Part shown: piece after piece, positions 1 to 7,506 of the stretch | How the letters are laid out: every line of letters starts with the position of its first letter | Position numbering within the stretch: the stretch's first letter is position 1 | Assembly: GCA_943359705.1 (NCBI GenBank) | Contig: CALRIB010000002.1 | Coordinates: 1 to 33,090 of the forward strand | Length of the DNA stretch: 33,090 bases | Origin: Candidatus Nomurabacteria bacterium | GTDB lineage: Bacteria > Patescibacteriota > Minisyncoccia > Phycocordibacterales > UBA2100 | Reading direction: 5' to 3' | Program-made: the position numbers and the translations under genes | Notes under the pieces: generated by a model | The model's input: the letters and a program-made list of their open reading frames with translations, nothing else | Told to the model about the DNA's origin: nothing | Database searches by the model: none

Positions 1-386
1 ACGGCCATTCATTTGTCGGCAGATTCGGGCGCTACTTCGGTATTAACGATGAAACGGTCTCGAAGGCCAAGCGGGTATTTCACCTCTACCACGACTGGAT
101 AATTTTTATATCCAAACTCACCGCAGGTTTCGGTTTTGCGCCGGCAATCTTTTTTACCGCCGGCCTCTCCCATGTCCCCTTCCGCCGTTACATGGTGCTG
201 AATGTCGCGGGACAAATCGTGTGGACGGGCGGACTCTTGGCTGTCGGATACTTCCTCGGACACCTTTACTCGCAGATAGGTAGCACCATCGAAAAGGTTT
301 TGAGCATCGGATTCATTCTTTTCGTACTCGTCGCACTTTTTGCTTTCGCGCGCTTTATGCGCGGCCGGCTTGAGCGCGTGCAATAG
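1..386 (+). CDS. DedA/SNARE-associated family membrane protein, C-terminal part (5' end outside window)
   Basis: Frame 3 is open from the window edge. Translation ...FVGRFGRYFGINDETVSKAKRVFHLYHDWIIFISKLTAGFGFAPAIFFTAGLSHVPFRRYMVLNVAGQIVWTGGLLAVGYFLGHLY... has the DedA C-terminal pattern. Stop at 384-386. Confidence 0.7.
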   Translation, partial: GHSFVGRFGRYFGINDETVSKAKRVFHLYHDWIIFISKLTAGFGFAPAIFFTAGLSHVPFRRYMVLNVAGQIVWTGGLLAVGYFLGHLYSQIGSTIEKVLSIGFILFVLVALFAFARFMRGRLERVQ

Positions 387-1554
387 TGTCGGCGTAGACA
401 CGCTCCCACACAGCCGCCACCGCCTCCGGCGAAAATTGTGAACCGAACCGGTAGGCGCCTTCGCCGAGTTGTTCGCGCAGTTCACTATCTTGAAGCAGCG
501 TGGTCATCTTCTGCGCGAAGTCTGCACTGTCGAGCGAGCGTGCGCGAAAACCCGCAGTCTCCGGCGTGTACTCATGGAGCGAACGCCAATCGGCACTCAC
601 GGCCGGCAAGCCACATATAAAGGCCTGCAGAAGCACCATGCTTTGCGTTTCCGATGTGCTCGCGATAGAAAATACCTCCGAGGCCGCGTATGCCTCCGCG
701 AGTGCAGCCTGGCTGAGCGTGCCGAGGAAGCGAACACTTTTCTCAATGCCAAGCTCGGTGACGAGTGCCCGCAATCGCGCCTCGTCTCGTCCGTGCCCCG
801 CGAGCGCAAGCATCGCATTCGGAATTTTCGCGCGCACCTGCCCTATCGCACGCAAAAGCACATCGATATTTTTTTCCCTGCCGAGACGGCCGGCGTAGAT
901 GACGGTCGAATCGGAAAATCCGAATTTCTTTTTTAGTGCATCGCGTTCCTCGCGTGTGCGCTTTTGAAAAATAGTCGTGTCTATCGGATTGGAAACGGGT
1001 TCGTGCGGCGCCTTGAGTCCGTACTGCGCCATCTCATCGAGCACCGAATGTGAAGGACCGGTCACAAAATCGCATCGGTTGTAATACCAGATTACTGCTT
1101 TCAACGTAAGGCGGCCGAGCAACTCCGCCGCAAACGGCGCATAGACCATAAATTCCCGCACGGCAGAATGATTGGTGCCGACCATCGGGATGCGGAGTTT
1201 GCGCGAAGCGCGCAGTGCCTCGATACCGAGCCCAAAAAATGTTTGCGTATGGATGATGTCCGGCTTAAATTCCCGTAAAAGCCGCCAGCGGGTGAACGTC
1301 GGCAGCACCAAACGCGACTGCAGATTGGAGCCCTTCACCAAAAGCGACGGCACGCGCGTGATGCGCACATTCTTGCCGAGGTCAATTTCTTTTTCCGGCA
1401 CATGCGAGAGCGCATAATCACTTGGCGAGGCACTTGGCACGACACAGAGCACCTGGTGTCCGCGACCCCCAAGTGTTTTGGCCAAAAGCTGCACCGAATC
1501 CTGTATCCCGCCGAGTTCAGGATAAAAACCGTCGGTAAAAATGGCGACGCGCAT
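355..1554 (-). CDS. Glycosyltransferase, GT4 (group 1) family
   Basis: 399 aa. N-terminus MRVAIFTDGFYPELGGIQDSV..., C-terminal half with ...GRLGREKNIDVLL... and E-x7-E-like region, typical of GT-B group 1 transferases. ATG at 1554 preceded by TGaTAGCAT box 6 nt upstream. Confidence 0.8.
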   Translation of the reverse strand: MRVAIFTDGFYPELGGIQDSVQLLAKTLGGRGHQVLCVVPSASPSDYALSHVPEKEIDLGKNVRITRVPSLLVKGSNLQSRLVLPTFTRWRLLREFKPDIIHTQTFFGLGIEALRASRKLRIPMVGTNHSAVREFMVYAPFAAELLGRLTLKAVIWYYNRCDFVTGPSHSVLDEMAQYGLKAPHEPVSNPIDTTIFQKRTREERDALKKKFGFSDSTVIYAGRLGREKNIDVLLRAIGQVRAKIPNAMLALAGHGRDEARLRALVTELGIEKSVRFLGTLSQAALAEAYAASEVFSIASTSETQSMVLLQAFICGLPAVSADWRSLHEYTPETAGFRARSLDSADFAQKMTTLLQDSELREQLGEGAYRFGSQFSPEAVAAVWERVYADTIARAQAGRA

Positions 1555-1577
1555 GAGGAAATGCTATCACGCCCGGC

Positions 1578-2390
1578 TTATCCCAATGTCTCTCTCAAGT
1601 AGTTCGTGATTATTTCGCGTGCTTCGTCGGGCTTCACGATGGGAAAGACGTGGCTCGTGTTTTCCAAGATAACGAGGCGTGCGTTTGACATATTTTTGGC
1701 GAGACGCAGTGCGGACACGAGCGGACTTATCTGGTCATGCCGGCCATGCATGATGAGCGACGGCACTTTGATGTCTCTCCAGAGCGGGTCGAGGTCGCGC
1801 GCGTACCCGTGGTCGAGGCAGAAAAGCCACGCGTGCCATGTGGTGTTGGGAATGTCTTGGAAAATACGACGCATGTTCCAATCCCCCGCTCGCGGGAATT
1901 TGGAATAATCGATGTGTCGTCCCGCTGCGTTCGAATACGAGAACAGTCGGCAGACGGAAGCTGCTACGTGGACGATGAGGCGGGATATGCGCGTGAGAAA
2001 AATGGAATAGATACCGTATACGGTACTCATGAAAATAGCCGCTCGGACTTTTTCAGGATGCCGTCTGATGAGCAGTACTGCCGGAAGCACCGCGAATGAT
2101 TGCGAAAGCACGACGTAGGAATTCACTCCGAGTTTCGCAAGAAGCAGTTCGAGGTCCTCGACCAGTGTTTCGAGTTCGTACTCCTCGTACCTACCGGGCT
2201 TCAGCGATTTGCCGTGTCCGCGCAAATCGGGAGTGATGACGTTGTATTCCCTCTCCCACACCGGCTCGTACCGTGCCCACGCCGATGAGCTGCCCGAGAG
2301 TCCGTGGATGAGGAGGAGCGTGGTGCGCTCCGGGCGAAAGTCGTTGGTGCGGTAGTAGATGCCGCGCTCGGTGAAAAAATGTTCGTTCAT
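1578..2390 (-). CDS. Alpha/beta-fold hydrolase
   Basis: LLLIHGLSGSSSAWARYEPVW...VITPDLRGHGKS and nucleophile-elbow-like LSQSF motif. Start moved to ATG 2390 (MNEHFF...), which overlaps the upstream stop as ATGA (2387-2390). The longer track ORF (to 2456) overlaps the upstream gene. Confidence 0.75.
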   Translation of the reverse strand: MNEHFFTERGIYYRTNDFRPERTTLLLIHGLSGSSSAWARYEPVWEREYNVITPDLRGHGKSLKPGRYEEYELETLVEDLELLLAKLGVNSYVVLSQSFAVLPAVLLIRRHPEKVRAAIFMSTVYGIYSIFLTRISRLIVHVAASVCRLFSYSNAAGRHIDYSKFPRAGDWNMRRIFQDIPNTTWHAWLFCLDHGYARDLDPLWRDIKVPSLIMHGRHDQISPLVSALRLAKNMSNARLVILENTSHVFPIVKPDEAREIITNYLRETLG

Positions 2391-2752
2391 GCGTGGCCAA
2401 GAAAATGATCGAGGGAAGCGACCATGCGACGGATTGCGATGAAGACGTACGCCCACAAGAACGGCAACCAGAGCGGCATCACTCCAAAAAAAGACGTGCG
2501 CTCGAATTTCTCGACACCGGTGGAGACGAACAGGTATTCAGAAATGCAGAGCATCACAAATCCGAATGCCATAAAAATGAGGTCTTTTTTGTTCTGGCCT
2601 GCTGCGAGCGCGGCGAGAATGAAAAGTGTGTAAATCGCGGTCAGTATGAAATCATTTTGTATGAGGGGAATGAGCCCGATCATGACGAGGACGGGAAGTG
2701 CATTCGCGACGAACCGCGTAAATAACCCTATTTGAGCAATGATACGCGGCAT
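2387..2752 (-). CDS. Small polytopic membrane protein, unknown function
   Basis: About 4 hydrophobic helices. Track start 2758 is GTG; ATG at 2752 has TATACT (2760-2765) 7 nt upstream. Translationally coupled to the hydrolase gene. Confidence 0.55.
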   Translation of the reverse strand: MPRIIAQIGLFTRFVANALPVLVMIGLIPLIQNDFILTAIYTLFILAALAAGQNKKDLIFMAFGFVMLCISEYLFVSTGVEKFERTSFFGVMPLWLPFLWAYVFIAIRRMVASLDHFLGHA

Positions 2753-2772
2753 TCGCACAAGTATATATCTTC

Positions 2773-2937
2773 TGGGAGAACCGGGAATCGGTCAGGAATA
2801 ATTATTTCGCCGCCGCGAAATAATTTTCACGACCCTGGCTCGGCATTTTTCGTACTCGAAAAATATGCCTGCGCCTTTCGATTCCCTCACCATAGGTGCG
2901 AAGGCACCTATGGTGCGTCCGCCTTCACTTCGTTCAG
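2773..2937 (-). repeat. tRNA-His trailer element, distal unit (unit 1)
   Basis: Colinear with unit 2. Shares the 86-bp identical block (2869-2954 = 3068-3153), a 26-nt hairpin (2800-2825), the 14-mer ACGACCCTGGCTCG (2829-2842), a second hairpin (2842-2869) and a 12-bp hairpin (2888-2915). Ends CTGACC + degenerate tRNA-His 3' end (2773-2789, 10/17). Confidence 0.7.
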
Positions 2938-3136
2938 GGCGGCCGTCGGGAATCTCCCTCGCCTCTCGGTTCGCCGCCGCGAGGAATCGGTCACAGATAT
3001 CCCATCCGCCGCCGCGGATGGGATTCCGCGACCCCGGCTCGCGGTTTCGGCCGCTGCCGAAACATCGCTGCGCCTTTCGATTCCCTCACCATAGGTGCGA
3101 AGGCACCTATGGTGCGTCCGCCTTCACTTCGTTCAG
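2938..3136 (-). repeat. tRNA-His trailer element, proximal unit (unit 2), ending in a perfect orphan copy of the tRNA-His 3' end
   Basis: Starts right after tRNA-His 3' end (3137). Contains a 12-bp hairpin (3087-3114), hairpin 3044-3063, 14-mer GCGACCCCGGCTCG (3028-3041) and a 26-nt hairpin (2999-3024). Then GTGACC + degenerate tRNA 3' end (2972-2988, 12/17), followed by a perfect 17-nt GATTCCCGACGGCCGCC copy at 2938-2954. Confidence 0.75.
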
Positions 3137-3209
3137 GGCGGCCGTCGGGAATCGAACCCGAATTGAGAGCTCCACAAGCTCCAGTGTGAACCGTTACACC
3201 ACGGTCGCC
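3137..3209 (-). tRNA. tRNA-His (anticodon GUG)
   Basis: Hand-folded cloverleaf on minus strand: G-1 plus GCGACCG acceptor (one A4:C69 mismatch), D arm GTGT/ACAC, anticodon stem GGAGC/GCTCT with loop TTGTGGA, T arm TCGGG-TTCGATT-CCCGA. No encoded CCA. Confidence 0.85.
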
Positions 3210-3251
3210 ATACGAACAATCGCTTTATAGCAGATTTGGAGAGAGAACGCG

Positions 3252-3287
3252 ATAAAACGCAGCGCCGCCCCGAAGGGGCGGCGCTGC
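3252..3287 (-). terminator. Rho-independent terminator after the DUF4383-like gene
   Basis: Perfect 13-bp GC-rich stem GCAGCGCCGCCCC-gaa-GGGGCGGCGCTGC (3259-3287), followed on the minus strand by GTTTTAT. Confidence 0.7.
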
Positions 3288-3305
3288 AAAACACGAACGG
3301 AAATA

Positions 3306-3689
3306 CTACATCGCACCCTGCATTGCCATTCCGTTCCCCTCCTTCATGCCGAAGCCGGCATAGAGAGCGACGACCGCGATCGCGAGGTGAAGGACGTTGT
3401 CGGCCATGTTGACCATGATGAGGCCGAGCACCGAGTCGCCCTGCACGAATCCGAGCACCGTGACGAGTCCGTAGACAACGCCAAAAACCTGAAAGTAAAG
3501 GCGCGTCGGAAACATCCCGTACACCGCGGCGAGTGCCGCAAGACCCGAGAGAAGGTGTATGACGTTGTGCAGACCGTCGACCTCAAAGAGACCGAGAAGC
3601 ATGCCGTTGCTTGTGAGACCCGGTATGAATCCGGCAATACCCACGACCACGAACACGATTCCGAAAATCCAACCTAATTTGTTAACCAT
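3306..3689 (-). CDS. DUF4383-like small membrane protein
   Basis: 127 aa, 4 TM. MVNKLGWIFGIVFVVVGIAGFIPGL...GLHNVIHLLSG...DNVLHLAIAV pattern recalled from DUF4383 family proteins. Confidence 0.6.
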   Translation of the reverse strand: MVNKLGWIFGIVFVVVGIAGFIPGLTSNGMLLGLFEVDGLHNVIHLLSGLAALAAVYGMFPTRLYFQVFGVVYGLVTVLGFVQGDSVLGLIMVNMADNVLHLAIAVVALYAGFGMKEGNGMAMQGAM

Positions 3690-3777
3690 ATATTTTGTAG
3701 ACTAAAAGCTGCTATATCGACCCCTGTACTCACCAATTGTGAAGCCTGCTCACGGGGAGTCAACCCCGGATTGGTAC

Positions 3778-4887
3778 TTATTTAACCTCGGTCTCCAGAT
3801 GGACCGGGCTCGACGTGGCAACAACGTTGAACGCCACGCGCCCGATGGTCTGTCCGAATGAGGTAATGACGTTGACGCGCCAACTCCCCGCGGCAGGATT
3901 CGTCTTCACGGAGTAGCCGCGGTACCCGCCGTCGCGTCCGCCGACGATGTAGAACGGTACCGTTTCCTCCGTCACCCAGGCCTTGCGGGATTCGTCGTAA
4001 AGCTGCCACTCATGGAAGATGGTGGTCGTGAGGTCGGTCGGCGCGAAGATGGCGGTGAAGACATACGCCGGCTCGTTGGGTGCGCGGTGGAAGGTGATGT
4101 TGTAGCGAAGGAAACTTTCGTACCACGGAAGCGGCTCGTAAAAAAGACGGTACTCGTCGCCCGTACGCACGACGCCGTGGTACACGCCGGCGTCTTTGAG
4201 TGCGAGCGGGAGCGGCGGTATCGCGCCCGTGAAATATAAAATGTTGAACGTCACGAAAATAACGGCGACGATGCGCGCCACGCGCGTACGCTCACTCGCC
4301 GCACGCTCGGGCGTAAAGTACGCGAGAAGATAATAGAACCCGGTAATCGCACCGAGGCTCACCACTCCGCTTGCGATAAACATGTACGGCCCGATTTCCC
4401 GAAAGACGACGGGCAAAAAGAAAATGAGAAAGGAAAAAAGTACCGTAAAGAAAATGCCGAGCTGGAACGGAAAACGGCGATAGGAGCGGACGAATCGCTC
4501 GTTGCCGAGCAAAAGCCCTGCGATGAGCAATACAAATATCCAACTCGTTTGGTACGCCGCGCTACGCGAGTAGAGCGAAAGGTAGCCGCTAAAGAGTCCG
4601 CCGAATGCGAATTGCGCAACGACCGGAATGAGCGGGGTTATTTTCAGTATCCACTTCTGCTGCAGACGACCTGTTTCGATGACATTGAGCAGAATGATGC
4701 AACACCCTGCGAGGACCAGGTAAAAAAAGAGCAGCGCATTACTCGTCCAGAGGTCGACACGACGCAAAAGAATGAGGTTGTCAGCCAAAAATCCGCCCAC
4801 CAGCGAGAAGGGCGATATGTAGCGCATGTACCACTCCGCCAGTTCTTCGACGTTCTTCGGCAGCTTTGGGAGTCGCGGGCGAGGCAT
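3778..4887 (-). CDS. Polytopic membrane protein with C-terminal DUF2914-like soluble domain
   Basis: Start set at ATG 4887 (MPRPRLPKLPK...), 1 nt after the upstream stop (4889-4891). The track extension to 4983 overlaps the upstream gene. About 7 TM helices, then a beta-rich C-terminal domain (...YRLFYEPLPWYESFLRYNITFH...WRVNVITSFGQTIGRVAFNV). Confidence 0.6.
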   Translation of the reverse strand: MPRPRLPKLPKNVEELAEWYMRYISPFSLVGGFLADNLILLRRVDLWTSNALLFFYLVLAGCCIILLNVIETGRLQQKWILKITPLIPVVAQFAFGGLFSGYLSLYSRSAAYQTSWIFVLLIAGLLLGNERFVRSYRRFPFQLGIFFTVLFSFLIFFLPVVFREIGPYMFIASGVVSLGAITGFYYLLAYFTPERAASERTRVARIVAVIFVTFNILYFTGAIPPLPLALKDAGVYHGVVRTGDEYRLFYEPLPWYESFLRYNITFHRAPNEPAYVFTAIFAPTDLTTTIFHEWQLYDESRKAWVTEETVPFYIVGGRDGGYRGYSVKTNPAAGSWRVNVITSFGQTIGRVAFNVVATSSPVHLETEVK

Positions 4888-4888
4888 A

Positions 4889-5449
4889 TCAGGAGCGGTA
4901 CTGCGGCGGATTTTCCCGAATCCCGGCGCGGTGATTGGCGAGGCGGGCGAGGGCGTAGAAAAGCGAGGAGAGACGATTGGCATACGCGCGACTTGATTCT
5001 GATATCAAACGTTCGGCTGACTCATGTAAAGTAACCAACCTTCTTTCCGTTCGTCTCGAGACAGCTCGCGCAATATCAAGACGGGCGGAAAATTCCGTAC
5101 CGCCCGGCACGAGAAATGTTTTTATCTCCGGCAATTCTTTTTCAATATTGTTTATCGTCGCGGAAATTCTCTCGACGCTTTCTTGCGGCACCGACTTTTG
5201 CGCACCCGCGGCTTCCGCCTGGATGGTGAACAAATGGTCCTGCACTTCCTCGAGCACTGCCTTCCCGCTTTTTTCTTCAACAGTAAAATCTCCCGGCACC
5301 GCGACCTTGCACCAGCCGACAATCGTATTTAATTCATCCAACTGTCCGAGCGCCTCAAAAATCGGTGCGGATTTCGACACCCGCACACCCTTTGCAGTAT
5401 CAAAAAGTTTTGTGGTGCCACTATCGCCCTTGCCTGTGAATAACGCCAT
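4889..5449 (-). CDS. ATP:cob(I)alamin adenosyltransferase, PduO type
   Basis: MALFTGKGDSGTTKLFD...FEALGQLDELNTIVG...FLVPGGTEFSARLDIARAVSRRTERR is the characteristic PduO/MMAB-type signature. Confidence 0.85.
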   Translation of the reverse strand: MALFTGKGDSGTTKLFDTAKGVRVSKSAPIFEALGQLDELNTIVGWCKVAVPGDFTVEEKSGKAVLEEVQDHLFTIQAEAAGAQKSVPQESVERISATINNIEKELPEIKTFLVPGGTEFSARLDIARAVSRRTERRLVTLHESAERLISESSRAYANRLSSLFYALARLANHRAGIRENPPQYRS

Positions 5450-5614
5450 AAAATTTCATTGGCCTTTTCCCGCCTGCCCCGTAGGCAACGCGAAGCGTTG
5501 TGGTACCGGGGTGAACAATGCCATGCGGCAATCATAGCAAAGGACACGCATAATGAAGTTGCGACAGTTGGTGCGGACTGAGAGCGTTGTGGAGTATGTT
5601 CTGTAGGACAAAAG

Positions 5615-5926
5615 CTACGGCAGTCTCCCTCCGGTCAAGAGCAAGTTCGCCCATCCTACTTGAAGAGCGCTAAACGGGTCGGGTAGGTTGAGGAGAACTA
5701 GTACTCCAACGACAGCGACGAACGCTCCCGTTGTAATGTAAAGATACGTATATTGCTTTTTGAAGTAAAAATACAAAGAGAGGCCGAGAGGGGTGAAGTG
5801 GAGAATCACCGGAGGCAGATATAAAAACAAGATGTTCAGGATAAGGGCAAGTGCTCCCACCGCAGACAGCGCTGCAACAACTAAGACCGCGAGTGCCGGC
5901 ACGATCTGTTCTTTAATGAACGTCAT
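5615..5926 (-). CDS. Small membrane protein (hypothetical)
   Basis: Start set at ATG 5926 (MTFIKEQIVPALAVLVVAAL...) because the track ORF N-terminus (to 5974) runs through tRNA-Leu. 3 hydrophobic segments. ATG is 3 nt after the tRNA-Leu 3' end. Confidence 0.45.
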   Translation of the reverse strand: MTFIKEQIVPALAVLVVAALSAVGALALILNILFLYLPPVILHFTPLGLSLYFYFKKQYTYLYITTGAFVAVVGVLVLLNLPDPFSALQVGWANLLLTGGRLP

Positions 5927-5929
5927 TTG

Positions 5930-6011
5930 TGCCCGGGAGAGGACTTGAACCTCCATGCCTTGCGGCACACGCACCTCAAGCGTGCCAGTCTACCAATTTC
6001 TGCACCCGGGC
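5930..6011 (-). tRNA. tRNA-Leu (anticodon GAG)
   Basis: Acceptor GCCCGGG/CCCGGGC, anticodon stem CACGC/GCGTG with loop TTGAGGT, long variable arm TGCCGCAAGGCA, T arm GGAGG-TTCAAGT-CCTCT. Confidence 0.85.
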
Positions 6012-6020
6012 ATTAAAGCC

Positions 6021-6698
6021 TCACAGCTTCTCCTCCACTGTACCCAAAATCTTCTTTAATTTCAATCTCTTCCGAGAAAGACACACGACGCTCTTCGAAT
6101 AGTACATTTTTCTTAAAACGACTAGAGAATCTTTTTTAGCGTACTTTAGCTGGTAGAGCACGCGATTGGCACTTCCCGATGTCACGTGTCCAGATACGCC
6201 TGTCCGTTTTCTTATTTCACTTCGAAGCCAATCAACAAACGATTTGCTAGCAGAAGCGAATATCGTATAGAACATAAAACTTGAACGCCAGCGCGGATCC
6301 CAATAGGCATGAGAACATCCATCACCGTCGTACACTCCCCTAAGAAAATCCCAAAAGTACGCGGGAGGAATTTTCAAAGGACCGATTGTCTTGGACTTTC
6401 TCGGTGTAAGACCTATTGAAAGCAGGAAATCATAAAAGACTACATTTTTGAATTGTACGCGTAGGTATTCTTTTCCATTGCTCCCCTTCTTTTTCGTGAT
6501 ATTGAAATCTACTCCGATACATATACGAAAATTGTCGAGCTGTTCGCGATCTGCAGACGTAAGATCGATGAGCGAGAATGGGGGTGAAAGGCAGCCATCG
6601 GTAGCGAGTAGCCCAATCGCGTAAGCGAGTTTTGCTGACCAGGTTTGATCTATTTTTCTTCTTGCATTAAATCCCGGTTTCGGACCCCGCTTCCCCAT
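6021..6698 (-). CDS. LAGLIDADG-family homing endonuclease (two-motif, single chain)
   Basis: Two motifs, LAYAIGLLATDGCLS and FLRGVYDGDGCSHA. Visibly lower GC than its neighbours. Stop is 9 nt upstream of the tRNA-Leu 5' end. TGaTATCAT box (6705-6713) 6 nt upstream of the ATG. Confidence 0.85.
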   Translation of the reverse strand: MGKRGPKPGFNARRKIDQTWSAKLAYAIGLLATDGCLSPPFSLIDLTSADREQLDNFRICIGVDFNITKKKGSNGKEYLRVQFKNVVFYDFLLSIGLTPRKSKTIGPLKIPPAYFWDFLRGVYDGDGCSHAYWDPRWRSSFMFYTIFASASKSFVDWLRSEIRKRTGVSGHVTSGSANRVLYQLKYAKKDSLVVLRKMYYSKSVVCLSRKRLKLKKILGTVEEKL

Positions 6699-6780
6699 CG
6701 CACAATGATATCAGATACTCAAGGTAGTAGCGTCTACCAATTGTTGATAAATAAAAAAACACGAACTCCTCTAAAAACCC

Positions 6781-7251
6781 CTATTTGTCCTGCGTCGGGG
6801 CGGTCATCTCGGCGACAATCTCTTCTTTCTCGCCTTCGGTCTCTTTTGCAAAGGTCTCCGGCACGCCGGGAGCTTCTACCGCGTCTTGTGCGGTGCCCAT
6901 CAAGCGGGTGCGGCGGAGCTGGCGGCGGGCTTCGCGCGCTACCTTGTCGCGGATGTAGTAGAGCTTGGCGCGGCGCACGCGGCTGCGCTTCGTGATTTCA
7001 ATCTTATCAATCATCGGCGAGTAGAGCGGAAAGATTTTTTCCACGCCCACTCCCGAGAGTACGCGGCGCACCGTAAAGGTGGCGCCCGCTTCGGTGCCGT
7101 GTTTGCGAGCCAAGACGAGTCCCTCGAACATCTGGAGGCGGAACTTACCCTTGGCTTCCTCGATTTTCTGCCACACGCGCACGGTGTCGCCCGGCCGAAG
7201 GTCGAGATTTTTGCGGGCTTCCATGTCTACGGATGATGTTTTCACGGCCAT
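6781..7251 (-). CDS. rplS: 50S ribosomal protein L19 with acidic C-terminal extension
   Basis: ...LRPGDTVRVWQKIEEAKGKFRLQMFEGLVLARKHGTEAGATFTVRRVLSGVGVEKIFPLYSPMIDKIEITKRSRVRRAKLYYIRD... is the L19 core. Confidence 0.9.
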   Translation of the reverse strand: MAVKTSSVDMEARKNLDLRPGDTVRVWQKIEEAKGKFRLQMFEGLVLARKHGTEAGATFTVRRVLSGVGVEKIFPLYSPMIDKIEITKRSRVRRAKLYYIRDKVAREARRQLRRTRLMGTAQDAVEAPGVPETFAKETEGEKEEIVAEMTAPTQDK

Positions 7252-7372
7252 ATGTTATTTTATAGCTGACTTGCTTGCTGGGAAGTGAAAACGAGTTTTC
7301 ACTTCTCTCGCTGCGCTGCGCCAGACCGCGGCACTATAGCAGAGGCGCCGTCGGAAAACAACTTATTTCCTT

Positions 7373-7506
7373 GGTGCGCGGTGAGGGATTTGGTCACGCG
7401 TCGTTTTCTGTTGAAAACGCGCGCGACCCCGCCTCGGCCCGGCCTCCGGCTTTCAAATCCTGCCCCCAACGCAAAAGCACCCGCGGGGGGTGCTTTGTGC
7501 ATCGGG
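7373..7506 (-). repeat. tRNA-Val trailer element ending in an orphan copy of the tRNA-Val 3' end
   Basis: 20-nt direct repeat GGTGCGCGGTGAGGGATTTG at 7373-7392 and 7505-7524 (the latter is the real tRNA-Val 3' end plus 2 nt). Between them: terminator-like hairpin (7474-7496), 14-mer GCGACCCCGCCTCG (7423-7436), 27-nt hairpin (7397-7423), then GTGACC (7392-7397). Confidence 0.7.

Noticed and set aside
9-485. 158-aa minus-strand ORF at the left edge
   Set aside because: It lies antisense to the DedA-like reading frame and overlaps the glycosyltransferase 3' end. Its composition is Arg/Lys-rich and low-complexity, and the DedA frame has a clear family signature.
3087-3136. Resemblance of GAACGAAGTGAAGGCGG...CACCATAGGTG to the 5S rRNA loop C/helix region (GAAGTGAAAC...GATGGTAG)
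   Set aside because: Only short, partly shifted matches. There is no helix I or three-way junction and no full-length 5S. I treat it as coincidence.
2773-3153. Possible CRISPR array or pseudo-tRNA cluster
   Set aside because: There are only two long (about 199-bp) units with no short repeat/spacer periodicity and no cas genes. I could not fold the units into cloverleaves: only fragments of a T-arm/acceptor 3' half are present, and no matching 5' half exists.
2732-3230. Three overlapping plus-strand ORFs (2732-3094, 2865-3230, 2896-3189; 97-121 aa) across the tRNA-His trailer repeats
   Set aside because: They run antisense through tRNA-His and the tandem repeat units. Their translations are Arg/Pro/Ser-rich and repeat only because the DNA repeats. 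There is no start-site signal. The region is better explained as structured non-coding repeats.
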